Below, one piece after another: positions 37,773 through 46,638 of a DNA stretch of 64,000 nucleotides. Each line of letters begins with the position of its first letter. The stretch's first letter is position 1. Both the position numbers and the translations under genes were made by a program. The notes beneath the pieces are model-generated. The model saw only the letters and a list, made by a program, of their open reading frames with translations. It searched no databases and had not been told where the DNA came from. Origin of the DNA: Candidatus Obscuribacteraceae bacterium (GTDB taxonomy: Bacteria > Cyanobacteriota > Vampirovibrionia > Obscuribacterales > Obscuribacteraceae); contig JBGASG010000001.1 in the NCBI GenBank assembly GCA_044229845.1, forward strand, positions 256,001-320,000, read 5' to 3'.

Positions 37773-38867
37773 ATGCACGAACGGCTAATGCAGCGTTGCC
37801 TGGATCTGGCTATTCAAGCCCACGGAAGGACCGCTCCCAATCCCATGGTCGGCGCGCTGGTCGTTGACGACGAAGGCAGTGTGCTTGCCGAGGGATATCA
37901 CCAGCGGCGCGGCGAGCCGCATGCCGAGCCGAACGCTCTCAATCTGTTGAGTGAGAAAGCGCGCGGGCAGACCATGTACGTCAGCCTGGAGCCCTGCAGT
38001 CACTTTGGCAAGACGCCTCCTTGCGCCGACGCTGTCATCGGTAGCGGCATCAAGAAAGTGGTGGCGGGAATGGTGGATCCCAATCCCAAAGTGGCTGGGC
38101 AGGGGCTGGAGAAACTGCGCGCCGCCGGCGTCGAAGTCGTTGTCGGCGTGCTGGAAACGCAGTGTCGATGGCTGAATCGCGGTTTCATCAAGCGGGTCAC
38201 CCAGGGACTGCCGTGGGTGCATCTCAAAATGGCGGTGACGCTCGATGGTCGCATTGCCGACCGTCAGGGAGCCAGTCGCTGGATAACCGGCGGGCTGGCG
38301 CGACAGTATGTCCACGAACTGCGCAACATCTGCGATGTCGTCATCGTCGGTGGTGCCACTGTAGCGGCTGACGATCCGCAGCTGACGGTGCGCGATGTTG
38401 AAGGTGGACGCGATCCGCGACGAGCAGTCGTTTCTCCCAAGCTGGGTGTGCCGGCGGACCGCCGCATCTTCAAAGAAAGCGGCGCGACCATTTTTACGGC
38501 TGCGCAAAATGTTACCGAGGCGGCACGCTTGCAATTTGGCGAGTCGACAACTCTGGTCGGAATTGCTGATTGCGAACCCGATGGTATAGATCTGACAGCC
38601 ATGTTGCGACGTATGGCCGCAGAAGGTGCAAACGAAGTGCTGTGCGAGGGCGGTGGACATCTGGCGGCGGCGCTGTTACAGGCGGGGCTTGTGGATGAGT
38701 TGCACTGGTTTGTCGCACCCAAATTGTTGGTCGACGGTCAGGCAATCGCGAGCCTTGCAGGCAGCGCGTTTCGTGGCATCGGCGACGCGCTGGAACTGCA
38801 TAATGTGGACATGGACAGACTTGGTGAGGACATGCTCATCCATGGCGTTTTGCAACCATTCAATTGA
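37773..38867 (+). CDS. ribD: Bifunctional riboflavin biosynthesis deaminase/reductase
   Basis: PNPMVGA, HAE, LEPCSHFGKTPPC, TLDGRIA, EGGG. Confidence 0.96.
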   Translation: MHERLMQRCLDLAIQAHGRTAPNPMVGALVVDDEGSVLAEGYHQRRGEPHAEPNALNLLSEKARGQTMYVSLEPCSHFGKTPPCADAVIGSGIKKVVAGMVDPNPKVAGQGLEKLRAAGVEVVVGVLETQCRWLNRGFIKRVTQGLPWVHLKMAVTLDGRIADRQGASRWITGGLARQYVHELRNICDVVIVGGATVAADDPQLTVRDVEGGRDPRRAVVSPKLGVPADRRIFKESGATIFTAAQNVTEAARLQFGESTTLVGIADCEPDGIDLTAMLRRMAAEGANEVLCEGGGHLAAALLQAGLVDELHWFVAPKLLVDGQAIASLAGSAFRGIGDALELHNVDMDRLGEDMLIHGVLQPFN

Positions 38868-39026
38868 TTTAAGTAAGCGGTGCCCAAACCTCGTGTCGGG
38901 CATAGTAGCAGCGCTGTAAGGCTCATCTGTAGCCTGTTTAACGTATCGAGTGAGTTACATTTCATCGTTTCCGGCATGTCTGCATACTACGCTAGTGATA
39001 GGCGCCCCTGAGGGACATAAATCCGC

Positions 39027-39227
39027 ATGCTTACACCATCTCTACCATTTGCATTTGGCTTCGAAAAGGACAGCAACGGCGAGCACGTCGTGTCGTTCGC
39101 GGCAGCCAACGTCGAGGAGCTGGTCCCGCCGGTTTCGCAAGAAGAACGTCTTGAGTGGGTGCGGGCGTCCTATCAGCGTTTCATCGCCAAAGTTGCTGAG
39201 CTGGATGCGCTGCGCGCCGCGTTTTAG
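39027..39227 (+). CDS. Small hypothetical protein
   Basis: 66-aa ORF with GAGGGA upstream and an amphipathic C-terminal helix. Confidence 0.5.
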   Translation: MLTPSLPFAFGFEKDSNGEHVVSFAAANVEELVPPVSQEERLEWVRASYQRFIAKVAELDALRAAF

Positions 39228-39299
39228 AGGTAAACTAATACCGCAGAGCTTTCCCAGCTCTATGCGTTAAGTACCTGTCGGACTCTCTCAGTCTCAGTC

Positions 39300-40667
39300 G
39301 TGACACAGACGATTACATCTAAAGGCGATTCGCATTCGCATTCGCAGTCGCAGGCTACCAGGTCTGTGTACATAGAAACGTTCGGCTGCCAGATGAACAA
39401 AGCCGATACGGAAAACATGCTGGGCTTGCTGGACGAGATTGGCTATGCGCCAACCGATGACGTGAAGAAAGCCGACCTGATGATCCTCAACACCTGTGCC
39501 ATCAGGGCCGGTGCTGAAGACAAAGTGTACAGTTATCTGGGCGCCTGGCGGCGCTTTAAGATGAAACGACCGGGTGCACTGATTGCCGTCGGCGGCTGCG
39601 TTGCCCAGGATGCTGGGGAGAAACTGCTATCGCGCTCGCCCGGCGTCGACATTGTTTTTGGAACGCACAATGTATTTCGCCTGCCTGAGCTGGTCAGGCA
39701 AGCGCAGACAACCGGGCAACCTGTCGTTGAGATTCATCAGGAGTTGCCTGAGGATCTGCCGGAACTGCCGATTATCAGGCAAAGCGCCATTTCCGCATGG
39801 GTGTCGATCATCTATGGATGCGACTACAACTGCACCTATTGCATCGTGCCTTTCGTGCGCGGACGAGAGAAAAGCCGCGCGCCGGAGACAATCGTGCAGG
39901 AGATGCAGGATCTAGCTGTTGCCGGCTACAAGGAAGTGACCTTGCTGGGGCAGAATGTCACTGCATACGGGCACGATCTAAGTCCGAAGATCCATCTCGG
40001 AGATCTGCTGCGGTTGACTGGTGGCGTTCATGGTATCAAGCGCGTTCGTTTTCTGACCGGACATCCTCGTGATCTGAATCAGGAGATTGTCGATGCGGTT
40101 GCCGAGGTCGAGAATGCTTGCGAGTACTTCCACATTCCCATTCAAGCTGGGCACGATCGGACTTTGCGCCGCATGGCTCGTGGGTATCTGGTTGATTTCT
40201 ACCGCAAGCAAGTGGATATGATTCGTGCCCGTATTCCAGGTGCGGCGGTGACCACTGACCTGATTGTCGGATTTCCTGGTGAGACAGAGAATGAGTTTAT
40301 GGCGACCATCAGTCTGGTTGAAGAGATCGGATTTGATGCCTGCAACACGGCTGCATACTCGCCGCGCCCCCACACGGTGGCAGCGAACTGGCCGGATCAG
40401 GTGCCGGAGCATGAGAAGTTCGAGCGCTTGCGTTTCTTGAACAGCGTAGTCAGCGATGTGGCACACAAACGCAATCTTCCTTATGTTGGCCGCACATGCG
40501 ACGTATTAGTGGAAGGGCGCAGTGAGAAGAATTCGGAGCGTCTGAGCGCGCGCACCCGCACCAACAAACTCGTCAACTTTGAAGGCGACGACAGTCTGGT
40601 CGGGCAACTCGTGAACGTCAAGATCGAAGCCGCTAAACCCTGGGCGCTGCGCGGTACGCTTGTCTAA
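39300..40667 (+). CDS. miaB: tRNA-i6A37 methylthiotransferase
   Basis: TFGCQMN, NTCAIR, GGCVAQ, CDYNCTYCIVP radical SAM motif, IVGFPGET, C-terminal TRAM. Confidence 0.95.
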   Translation: MTQTITSKGDSHSHSQSQATRSVYIETFGCQMNKADTENMLGLLDEIGYAPTDDVKKADLMILNTCAIRAGAEDKVYSYLGAWRRFKMKRPGALIAVGGCVAQDAGEKLLSRSPGVDIVFGTHNVFRLPELVRQAQTTGQPVVEIHQELPEDLPELPIIRQSAISAWVSIIYGCDYNCTYCIVPFVRGREKSRAPETIVQEMQDLAVAGYKEVTLLGQNVTAYGHDLSPKIHLGDLLRLTGGVHGIKRVRFLTGHPRDLNQEIVDAVAEVENACEYFHIPIQAGHDRTLRRMARGYLVDFYRKQVDMIRARIPGAAVTTDLIVGFPGETENEFMATISLVEEIGFDACNTAAYSPRPHTVAANWPDQVPEHEKFERLRFLNSVVSDVAHKRNLPYVGRTCDVLVEGRSEKNSERLSARTRTNKLVNFEGDDSLVGQLVNVKIEAAKPWALRGTLV

Positions 40668-40677
40668 CGAACCAAGA

Positions 40678-41289
40678 TCATTCCAGAAGAAAGTGACGAT
40701 TGCCAGGACGTTGTGCAGGCAGGGCGAACAGATCAGATAACCATTTAGGCAACTGATGAAAACGTGCGGCATACTCGTCCCAGTTATCTTCTGTCCACCC
40801 GGAAATCGCAGTTTCGATAAATCTTGTCGGGTCGGTATGTCTGCCCATGTGCCACATCGTGCGTAGCTGGGTTCCCACTGCGGAATCGGCAAGCCTGATC
40901 TTCCGCATGCTTGCACCAACATATTGAATAGGTCCCGACAATGACCAGATGCGGCTAGTGCGACCCGTGGTGGCGAAGGTATCTGCAGGCTCGTCTGGAG
41001 GAGGGAGACCAACCTGCATTGCGAAGTGAGCGCTCACGTGAGCGATTATTCTATGAAACGCGCGCGCTTTCGCATGGGCAATTTCCGTGGTGCTCGGTTG
41101 AGGTGCGTGAAGACCTCCTTTTTTGTAGAGACCCCATGCCACACGAGTTACTTCGTGGGATGCATTGAGTCTGGACATGGCCATGTCGATTGCGCTGCGA
41201 TTTCTTGCCAGGTGAAGCAACTGACGGCTGGCGATCAGAGCGCCATCAGGCAACGGCGCAAGAAACTCTCTGATTTCTGCAATAGCCAT
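40678..41289 (-). CDS. DUF6088 / AbiEi-like (type IV TA antitoxin-like) winged-helix protein
   Basis: RSAIDMAMSRL...VTRVAWGLY, PSTTEIAHAKAR, TTGRTSRI; AAGGAGG RBS. Confidence 0.7.
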   Translation of the reverse strand: MAIAEIREFLAPLPDGALIASRQLLHLARNRSAIDMAMSRLNASHEVTRVAWGLYKKGGLHAPQPSTTEIAHAKARAFHRIIAHVSAHFAMQVGLPPPDEPADTFATTGRTSRIWSLSGPIQYVGASMRKIRLADSAVGTQLRTMWHMGRHTDPTRFIETAISGWTEDNWDEYAARFHQLPKWLSDLFALPAQRPGNRHFLLE

Positions 41290-41326
41290 ACTGCCTCCTT
41301 TGATTGCGGGTGTGGGAGTAATAGAA

Positions 41327-41356
41327 GTTATAACTAAAGTCGCTGATTGATTGCAA
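41327..41356 (-). promoter_or_regulatory. Sigma70-like promoter for the DUF6088 gene
   Basis: On the minus strand TTGCAA-N18-TATAAC, ~40 nt upstream of the ATG. Confidence 0.5.
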
Positions 41357-41455
41357 GAAGTTCAAATGCTCGCACCGCCTATGGTGCAAGATTTTCTTTC
41401 TACGGGCACGCTTTACGCGGCGCCTGCCGCCCGCCTCGCCCGCGCCGCCCGGCGG

Positions 41456-41853
41456 GGTTGTTGTATTTTGGTGCCAGAATCCAACAAACCGCGCGCGCGG
41501 TGCAAGCTTGCATCAAGGAAAAGGACGCGTGTGCAGGATTGCTCATTTCGGTAGGTCCAAATGAGCAATCCTGCACACGAAGCCCCAATTTAATCTGTTT
41601 TCGAACATTGCGACCCCCCGAAATGAGCAATCCTGCTCGCGGAGAAAGTTCCGCCGAAATGTCCTCTTGATAGATAGCACGAGTGGCTTGGGCGCGCCCC
41701 GCTCGCCGCGCCACGCGCCGGGGATTGTTGTAATTTGGTGCTAAAATCTAACGAACCGCGGGTGGTGCGAACGCGGCAAAAAGAGCGTGGAAGTTCGCCG
41801 TAATCAAATGCGGCTGCAGGTTGTTGTATTTTGGCACTAGAATCCAACAAACC
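41456..41853. repeat. Three 35-bp imperfect palindromes (family A) at 41456-41490, 41723-41757, 41819-41853
   Basis: GGTTGTTGTATTTTGGTGCCAGAATCCAACAAACC; GATTGTTGTAATTTGGTGCTAAAATCTAACGAACC; GGTTGTTGTATTTTGGCACTAGAATCCAACAAACC. Confidence 0.9.
41528..41636. repeat. 21-bp perfect inverted repeat plus a third arm (family B)
   Basis: CGTGTGCAGGATTGCTCATTT (41528-41548) / AAATGAGCAATCCTGCACACG (41559-41579); extra CCGAAATGAGCAATCCTGC (41618-41636) is complementary to 41533-41551. Confidence 0.92.
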
Positions 41854-41890
41854 CCGCCGGCGCGGAGCGCGAGGAACCGGGGCGCGCGAC

Positions 41891-44800
41891 CTAGCTGGAT
41901 GCCGATTGCAGACGGCGCGTGGGATGCCCCACTACGTTTCGAAAAGCCAGAGTCACTAGTTCCTGATCCATCGTGGATTGGCGAACCGTTGTAACCAGGC
42001 GCTTTCCTTTGAACTTGTGGGACGTCGAGCGGTAGAAAGACGAGATGTCTTCACGCACGGGCAACTCGAGTTCCTGGCGACCGGCAACCTCGACGTAACA
42101 CACATCGCCGTTCCATGACTCCGAAAGCTTGCCCTTGTTCAACGCCAGCAACAGCCAAGCGAGATTGGCGTCTGCATAGTATTCTTCTGCGATTGTCTGG
42201 AGTGTTTCTCCAGGCTGCACCAGATGCCTCGGACGTTGAATGACGTTTGTGTCGTAGTCGTCGCTGTTCGACGCGACCTGCTCGTCGCCGTCCTTCTCCT
42301 CTTCTTCCTCTGCGCCTTCGCGGCCCTCGGTTGCTCGAGCTCTGGCCACGGCCGCCAGAGCAACCGCGCCGATGGCCAACTCGAGACCCAGCAGGTAGCG
42401 CTTGTCGTTTTCGGAAATTTCGTGCAATGGTTTGAACGCTATCAGCTTGCCACCCAAAGGCACGACCTTGTCGCTCGCCAGTCCGAATTGAATTTGCCCC
42501 TTCTCAGGCAGAGCTCCGTTGCGAATATCGACTCCAAGTCCCAGTTCTCGCCCAATCGGTCGTCCTGCGATTGAAGTCGCAGCGGCCGCGGCGCTGCGAT
42601 CGCCGACGGTGAAATGGTTAGCACCATTAGTGGTGCTGTGTCCGAGATCGATTCCCTTGATGCTCCGTTCGCTGGTTGCGCTGGTTGCGACCAAGTTCGC
42701 TGGAACTTTTTCGCCGGCAACGGAGCCGGTTGTGCGGACCAGTCCTTTGTCAGCGAGGTTGATGCTGATTCCGTTTGCATTAGCAGGAAGGGCGGTCAAG
42801 TGGTGCCGCTCGCCGGTGGTGATAGGAATGGCTGTCGGAACACGATCCGGAAGCAGTGAACCGACTTTGCTGCTTGCGGCGGCAGCGATTGCGCTGGTGA
42901 TATTCAATCCTCGCTCGCCGATTGCACTGGCGCCACTCAATGTGTTGATAGCCGGAGTCAAACGGGCGCGGTCTGCGACGATCGTTGGTTCGAGAGAGAT
43001 AATTGCGCATCTGCTGCCGCTGGCACCAGGCAGACTGGCTGCTATGCGATCGGCGGGCAACACGTTCAGTTGGCTTGTCAGAGCGACAGGTGGGAATGTA
43101 CGTGTGGTCAGCGAATCGCTGGTTTGCAGCCGCGCGACTGGACGTTCATTATTTGGACCGCCGACCAAGGAGGCGACACGGTCTGAAAGTTGAGTCGGCA
43201 ACGGCACGGGCGTCGCCGATGTTGAAGAAACCTTCTCCCCTGCCAGAGCCATCTTGACGGTCGTCGGGGCGGTGATGGTGGCTGTGCCGGCGGTGACTGT
43301 CTGCGGCAGAGATTTGTCGGCAATCGGCAGGACGGTGCGCGGTGTGGCTAAGACAGCTGCGTCGCTAACGGGTGGTTTCGCAAGTGCAGTTGTGACATTG
43401 GTCGGCTGGTCCAATCCGCGCACGATGTTGGTTGCCACTGGAGCTGGTGGTTGCTGGCGGATCTCCGCAAACGTGTTCGCCGACGTCTGGGTGAATGTCG
43501 CGGTGACGCTGCCCTTCTCTGATATTTGAGTGGTGACTGGAACCGGCTGCTGCACTCTGGCATCAAATCCTGCTGCGGCGAGAGTGTTGGTCCCGACTTG
43601 TTGTGGCTTAAAGTCAAGCGGTTTCGGATCCAGCGTCAGCTGCTGCGTGCGAGCCTCGGTAATCGCTCTGGCGTCGAGTGTCGAGGGCTGTTGAAATCGG
43701 TCTGTCATCGCGCGGCCGTCTAGCGCTGTCTGCAGCTGCTGCCGATCTACTATGGAGCGCCCGTCGACGCTGCTGACTCTGGCTTCGGAGCCCACCAAAG
43801 TGAAGTCCCGGTTAGGTTCCGGTTTCGCGGTGCCGATCATCGTGAAGTCACGATTCGGCTCTGTTTTCGTGCCGATGCCGATGCTGTTTGGCGGCGCATC
43901 TACGCGCAGCCTCATCAGGTCGTCGTACGATTTGCTGCTAGCTCCCAGGGTGCTGGCAGAAAGTCTGCTAGTGTCAAAATCGATGCCGGGTTGTTCAATT
44001 AGTGCGCGTTTGGCGGCAATAACCCCATCTTGCGAAGACTCAAATTTGTTTGGGACGTAACCGGGGTTGAAGTCTTGTTTGAAGTCTTGTTGTTTGTAAC
44101 TGGTAATTTGAGGTTCTGTTCTAGTAAGTATTTGCGGTGACGGATCTCTATTGAACGCTGCAATCAAATCGTTGCGCGTCGCGTAGCTCGTCAGACGGTC
44201 AGCCGATCCCGGAGCATCCAGAGTCGGCATATCCTGGGGTTTGGCTAATATGCTGCGCGGTAATTCGGCGACTCCGATCTGCGGAATCTGCTGAATGGTG
44301 TGCTGTCTTTCCACGCTGGTGTCAACAACAGCGAAACTAACTGCTGCCGGATTCTTGAAGGTTGCTGTTTCAAGCAGGCGGCTATCAGGTTGTTGGCGAA
44401 GATCAGTGCTCGCCTGGATCGGAGCGAAGAGGGTTTGATCGGTGGTCCTCTGCACAACAGCCCGATCGATAGTTCTCGGCATTAGAGCCGGATCAATCGA
44501 CCGCTGGGCCGAGGCAATTTGAACGGTTTCGCTGGGGACGTAGCTTTTCGCCTGGCTGACTTCATCGGCGCGCACTGCAGCGGTGTTGTTCACCGTAATC
44601 GGTTTGATCACGTCTGATGCGGTGACGGGGACGACCGGGACGACCGGCACGACAGCAGACAGTCGTTCGCCGGGGACGGACGCCATCGCCGCCGCGGTGC
44701 GCACATCCTTATAGTCCTGCATTTTGGTTCGGTTTGCATCACCAGGCTGCTGCAGGTCGAACGGCGAAGTGAATCTATTGGTTTCAAATGCCGAGCGCGC

Positions 44801-44998
44801 CAAAAACTGGCTGGGCACAGTGATAATCAGTGAATTTCCTACCTGAGGGTTGATCTCGGTCACGGTAGGCAAACTGGGTCGTGAGCTGGCAGCTTCATCA
44901 ATAAGCGGTGTGCCGAAGTCGGCGGACACAAAGTCCGTCTCGACTCTTCGTCTTTTCTCCAATGCGGCGCTGGAGCCGTCTGGTGGTAATTCCGACAT
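41891..44998 (-). CDS. Large low-complexity protein with a near-C-terminal hydrophobic helix and LysM-like domain
   Basis: YLLGLELAIGAVALAAVA, acidic linker, RPRHLVQPGETLQTIAEEYYADANLAWLLLALN. Confidence 0.8.
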   Translation of the reverse strand: MSELPPDGSSAALEKRRRVETDFVSADFGTPLIDEAASSRPSLPTVTEINPQVGNSLIITVPSQFLARSAFETNRFTSPFDLQQPGDANRTKMQDYKDVRTAAAMASVPGERLSAVVPVVPVVPVTASDVIKPITVNNTAAVRADEVSQAKSYVPSETVQIASAQRSIDPALMPRTIDRAVVQRTTDQTLFAPIQASTDLRQQPDSRLLETATFKNPAAVSFAVVDTSVERQHTIQQIPQIGVAELPRSILAKPQDMPTLDAPGSADRLTSYATRNDLIAAFNRDPSPQILTRTEPQITSYKQQDFKQDFNPGYVPNKFESSQDGVIAAKRALIEQPGIDFDTSRLSASTLGASSKSYDDLMRLRVDAPPNSIGIGTKTEPNRDFTMIGTAKPEPNRDFTLVGSEARVSSVDGRSIVDRQQLQTALDGRAMTDRFQQPSTLDARAITEARTQQLTLDPKPLDFKPQQVGTNTLAAAGFDARVQQPVPVTTQISEKGSVTATFTQTSANTFAEIRQQPPAPVATNIVRGLDQPTNVTTALAKPPVSDAAVLATPRTVLPIADKSLPQTVTAGTATITAPTTVKMALAGEKVSSTSATPVPLPTQLSDRVASLVGGPNNERPVARLQTSDSLTTRTFPPVALTSQLNVLPADRIAASLPGASGSRCAIISLEPTIVADRARLTPAINTLSGASAIGERGLNITSAIAAAASSKVGSLLPDRVPTAIPITTGERHHLTALPANANGISINLADKGLVRTTGSVAGEKVPANLVATSATSERSIKGIDLGHSTTNGANHFTVGDRSAAAAATSIAGRPIGRELGLGVDIRNGALPEKGQIQFGLASDKVVPLGGKLIAFKPLHEISENDKRYLLGLELAIGAVALAAVARARATEGREGAEEEEEKDGDEQVASNSDDYDTNVIQRPRHLVQPGETLQTIAEEYYADANLAWLLLALNKGKLSESWNGDVCYVEVAGRQELELPVREDISSFYRSTSHKFKGKRLVTTVRQSTMDQELVTLAFRNVVGHPTRRLQSASS

Positions 44999-45485
44999 CG
45001 GCGTATTTCTTGCTATGACACAGGTCCGCACGAATTATGAGTAAGATCAGCGTGGCATGTCAAGTGCTCAAGCCTGGTTTCGGCGCTGGTTTTTGGAAAA
45101 ACGCCGCGTTTCACGAAAATTCCACAATTGAGTGCCGATGCGGCTTTCTATAAATAGATGGTATTACGGGCGGTTGTAGACTGGCGGACACGAAACTGGT
45201 ACGCAATTACGCACAGTTGTATGCGTGATACCGCAGGTGGTATCATTGTCACAAATTTTACACCTTTGCTCCGCTATATTGGCAGCATCCGAAAAGACAA
45301 AACAAACAAGGACGCATCGCGCAACAAACGCGCAGTGCAAGTGTGCTGATCAGCGGTTCCGTCTTTCCACACCCCAGCACCAGCTCGCAACCCCCCACGT
45401 CACGCCCATCCATCCCAATTGCAACACCCAATTTTTTTCCTTTAGTACACCTTTGTCGTGTACTAATCTCCAGGAGTTTATATCT

Positions 45486-46385
45486 ATGACAGAAGGTCAA
45501 GCATTACAACAACAGAACACCAATACAAGCGGCGGCGAAGCGCCTGTCGTCGGACGAACCGTCACCGGCACAAACAACAACGGAGAAGGTGCGATTACCT
45601 TCACCGATGTGTTTCCCTCGGGTACGACTCCCCTGCTTCCTACGCAAGGAGTAGCTAACGGTGAACGCCTACTGACACCGGTCGATGGGCGTGCGCTGCC
45701 AGTGCCCGGCTCAGACGGCACGATTAATCAGATCGAAAAAATCAAGATGATCGAACATGGACAAATTTCGATGAAGAAGTTTGGACCGAAGGAAACCGAG
45801 CCAACTCCAGAAGAGCGGAAGGAAGCGATCAACCGAGCACAGAAGTCGCTTGAGAATAATCCGCTCTTCAAACTCATGAGTGCCGACGATCAAAAGGCCG
45901 CGCTCAAGCTTCAAGACGCCGTCCTCAACGGTGATACCAAGGCGCTCGGTGAGTTGGTCAAGGCTCTGGGCGCCAATCCTGAAAGAATGGCCGCGTTGGC
46001 TGGTGCGATTGCGGACAACCTTAAGAAGGTAGGCGCCAACACCCAGCTGGACATGGGACCGGACGGCAGCCTGCTGATGTACAGAGACGGAGCCAGCCAC
46101 GCCGTGCAGATTGGCAAGGATGGTTCCGCTCAAGTTCGGGCAATCGAACATCATCCGGACGGTAGCCTGGACATATTGAATGATCGCACAGTCGTTAGAC
46201 CAACTGCCGCACAACTAGCCAGATCCATCAGTGATTCGGCAGTCAATCAATCCAACTGGAATGCCATGTTCTCGCGTCAAATCCAAAGCATTCCCAAAGA
46301 TATTCCGCCAATCATCAACAGACCGCGTCCGCAATCCGGTAGCGGTGGACTCAGAGGCACTGGTCCCGAAGACAACAGCCCCTAA
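45486..46385 (+). CDS. Hypothetical protein
   Basis: CAGGAG RBS before ATG at 45486; disordered N-terminus, globular C-terminal half. Confidence 0.75.
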   Translation: MTEGQALQQQNTNTSGGEAPVVGRTVTGTNNNGEGAITFTDVFPSGTTPLLPTQGVANGERLLTPVDGRALPVPGSDGTINQIEKIKMIEHGQISMKKFGPKETEPTPEERKEAINRAQKSLENNPLFKLMSADDQKAALKLQDAVLNGDTKALGELVKALGANPERMAALAGAIADNLKKVGANTQLDMGPDGSLLMYRDGASHAVQIGKDGSAQVRAIEHHPDGSLDILNDRTVVRPTAAQLARSISDSAVNQSNWNAMFSRQIQSIPKDIPPIINRPRPQSGSGGLRGTGPEDNSP

Positions 46386-46419
46386 TTGCTCGAAATCAAA
46401 GTTCGGTTAGGCCGCGGAA

Positions 46420-46451
46420 GCGGGGTGGTTTGCGCCACCCCGCCTGCCTTT
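46420..46451 (+). terminator. Probable intrinsic terminator
   Basis: GCGGGGTGG-tttgcg-CCACCCCGC followed by a short T run. Confidence 0.55.
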
Positions 46452-46638
46452 AGACACTTATTAACAGAAGTTTAAAAAGCTGTACAGTAGTCAAGAGGGG
46501 TGATAAAGTCAGCGTTCTGAACGGTCTATAGTTCAACCAGTTACCAGTCTAAGCAAATGTCCCAAAAACTGTCCCAGATACTTGCAGGGTTTAGATCAGT
46601 TTCTCACTGTCATTCAGTAGCAGCAGGGCACCACAAAG

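Noticed and set aside
41026..41850. Short ORFs across the palindromic region
   Set aside because: Arg/Ala/Pro-rich translations of GC-rich repeats with no RBS or recognisable domain.
41456..41853. CRISPR array (35-bp GTTG...AAAC repeats)
   Set aside because: Only three copies, with gaps of 232 and 61 nt; the flanks are themselves repeated, one core is inverted, and no cas genes are in the window.
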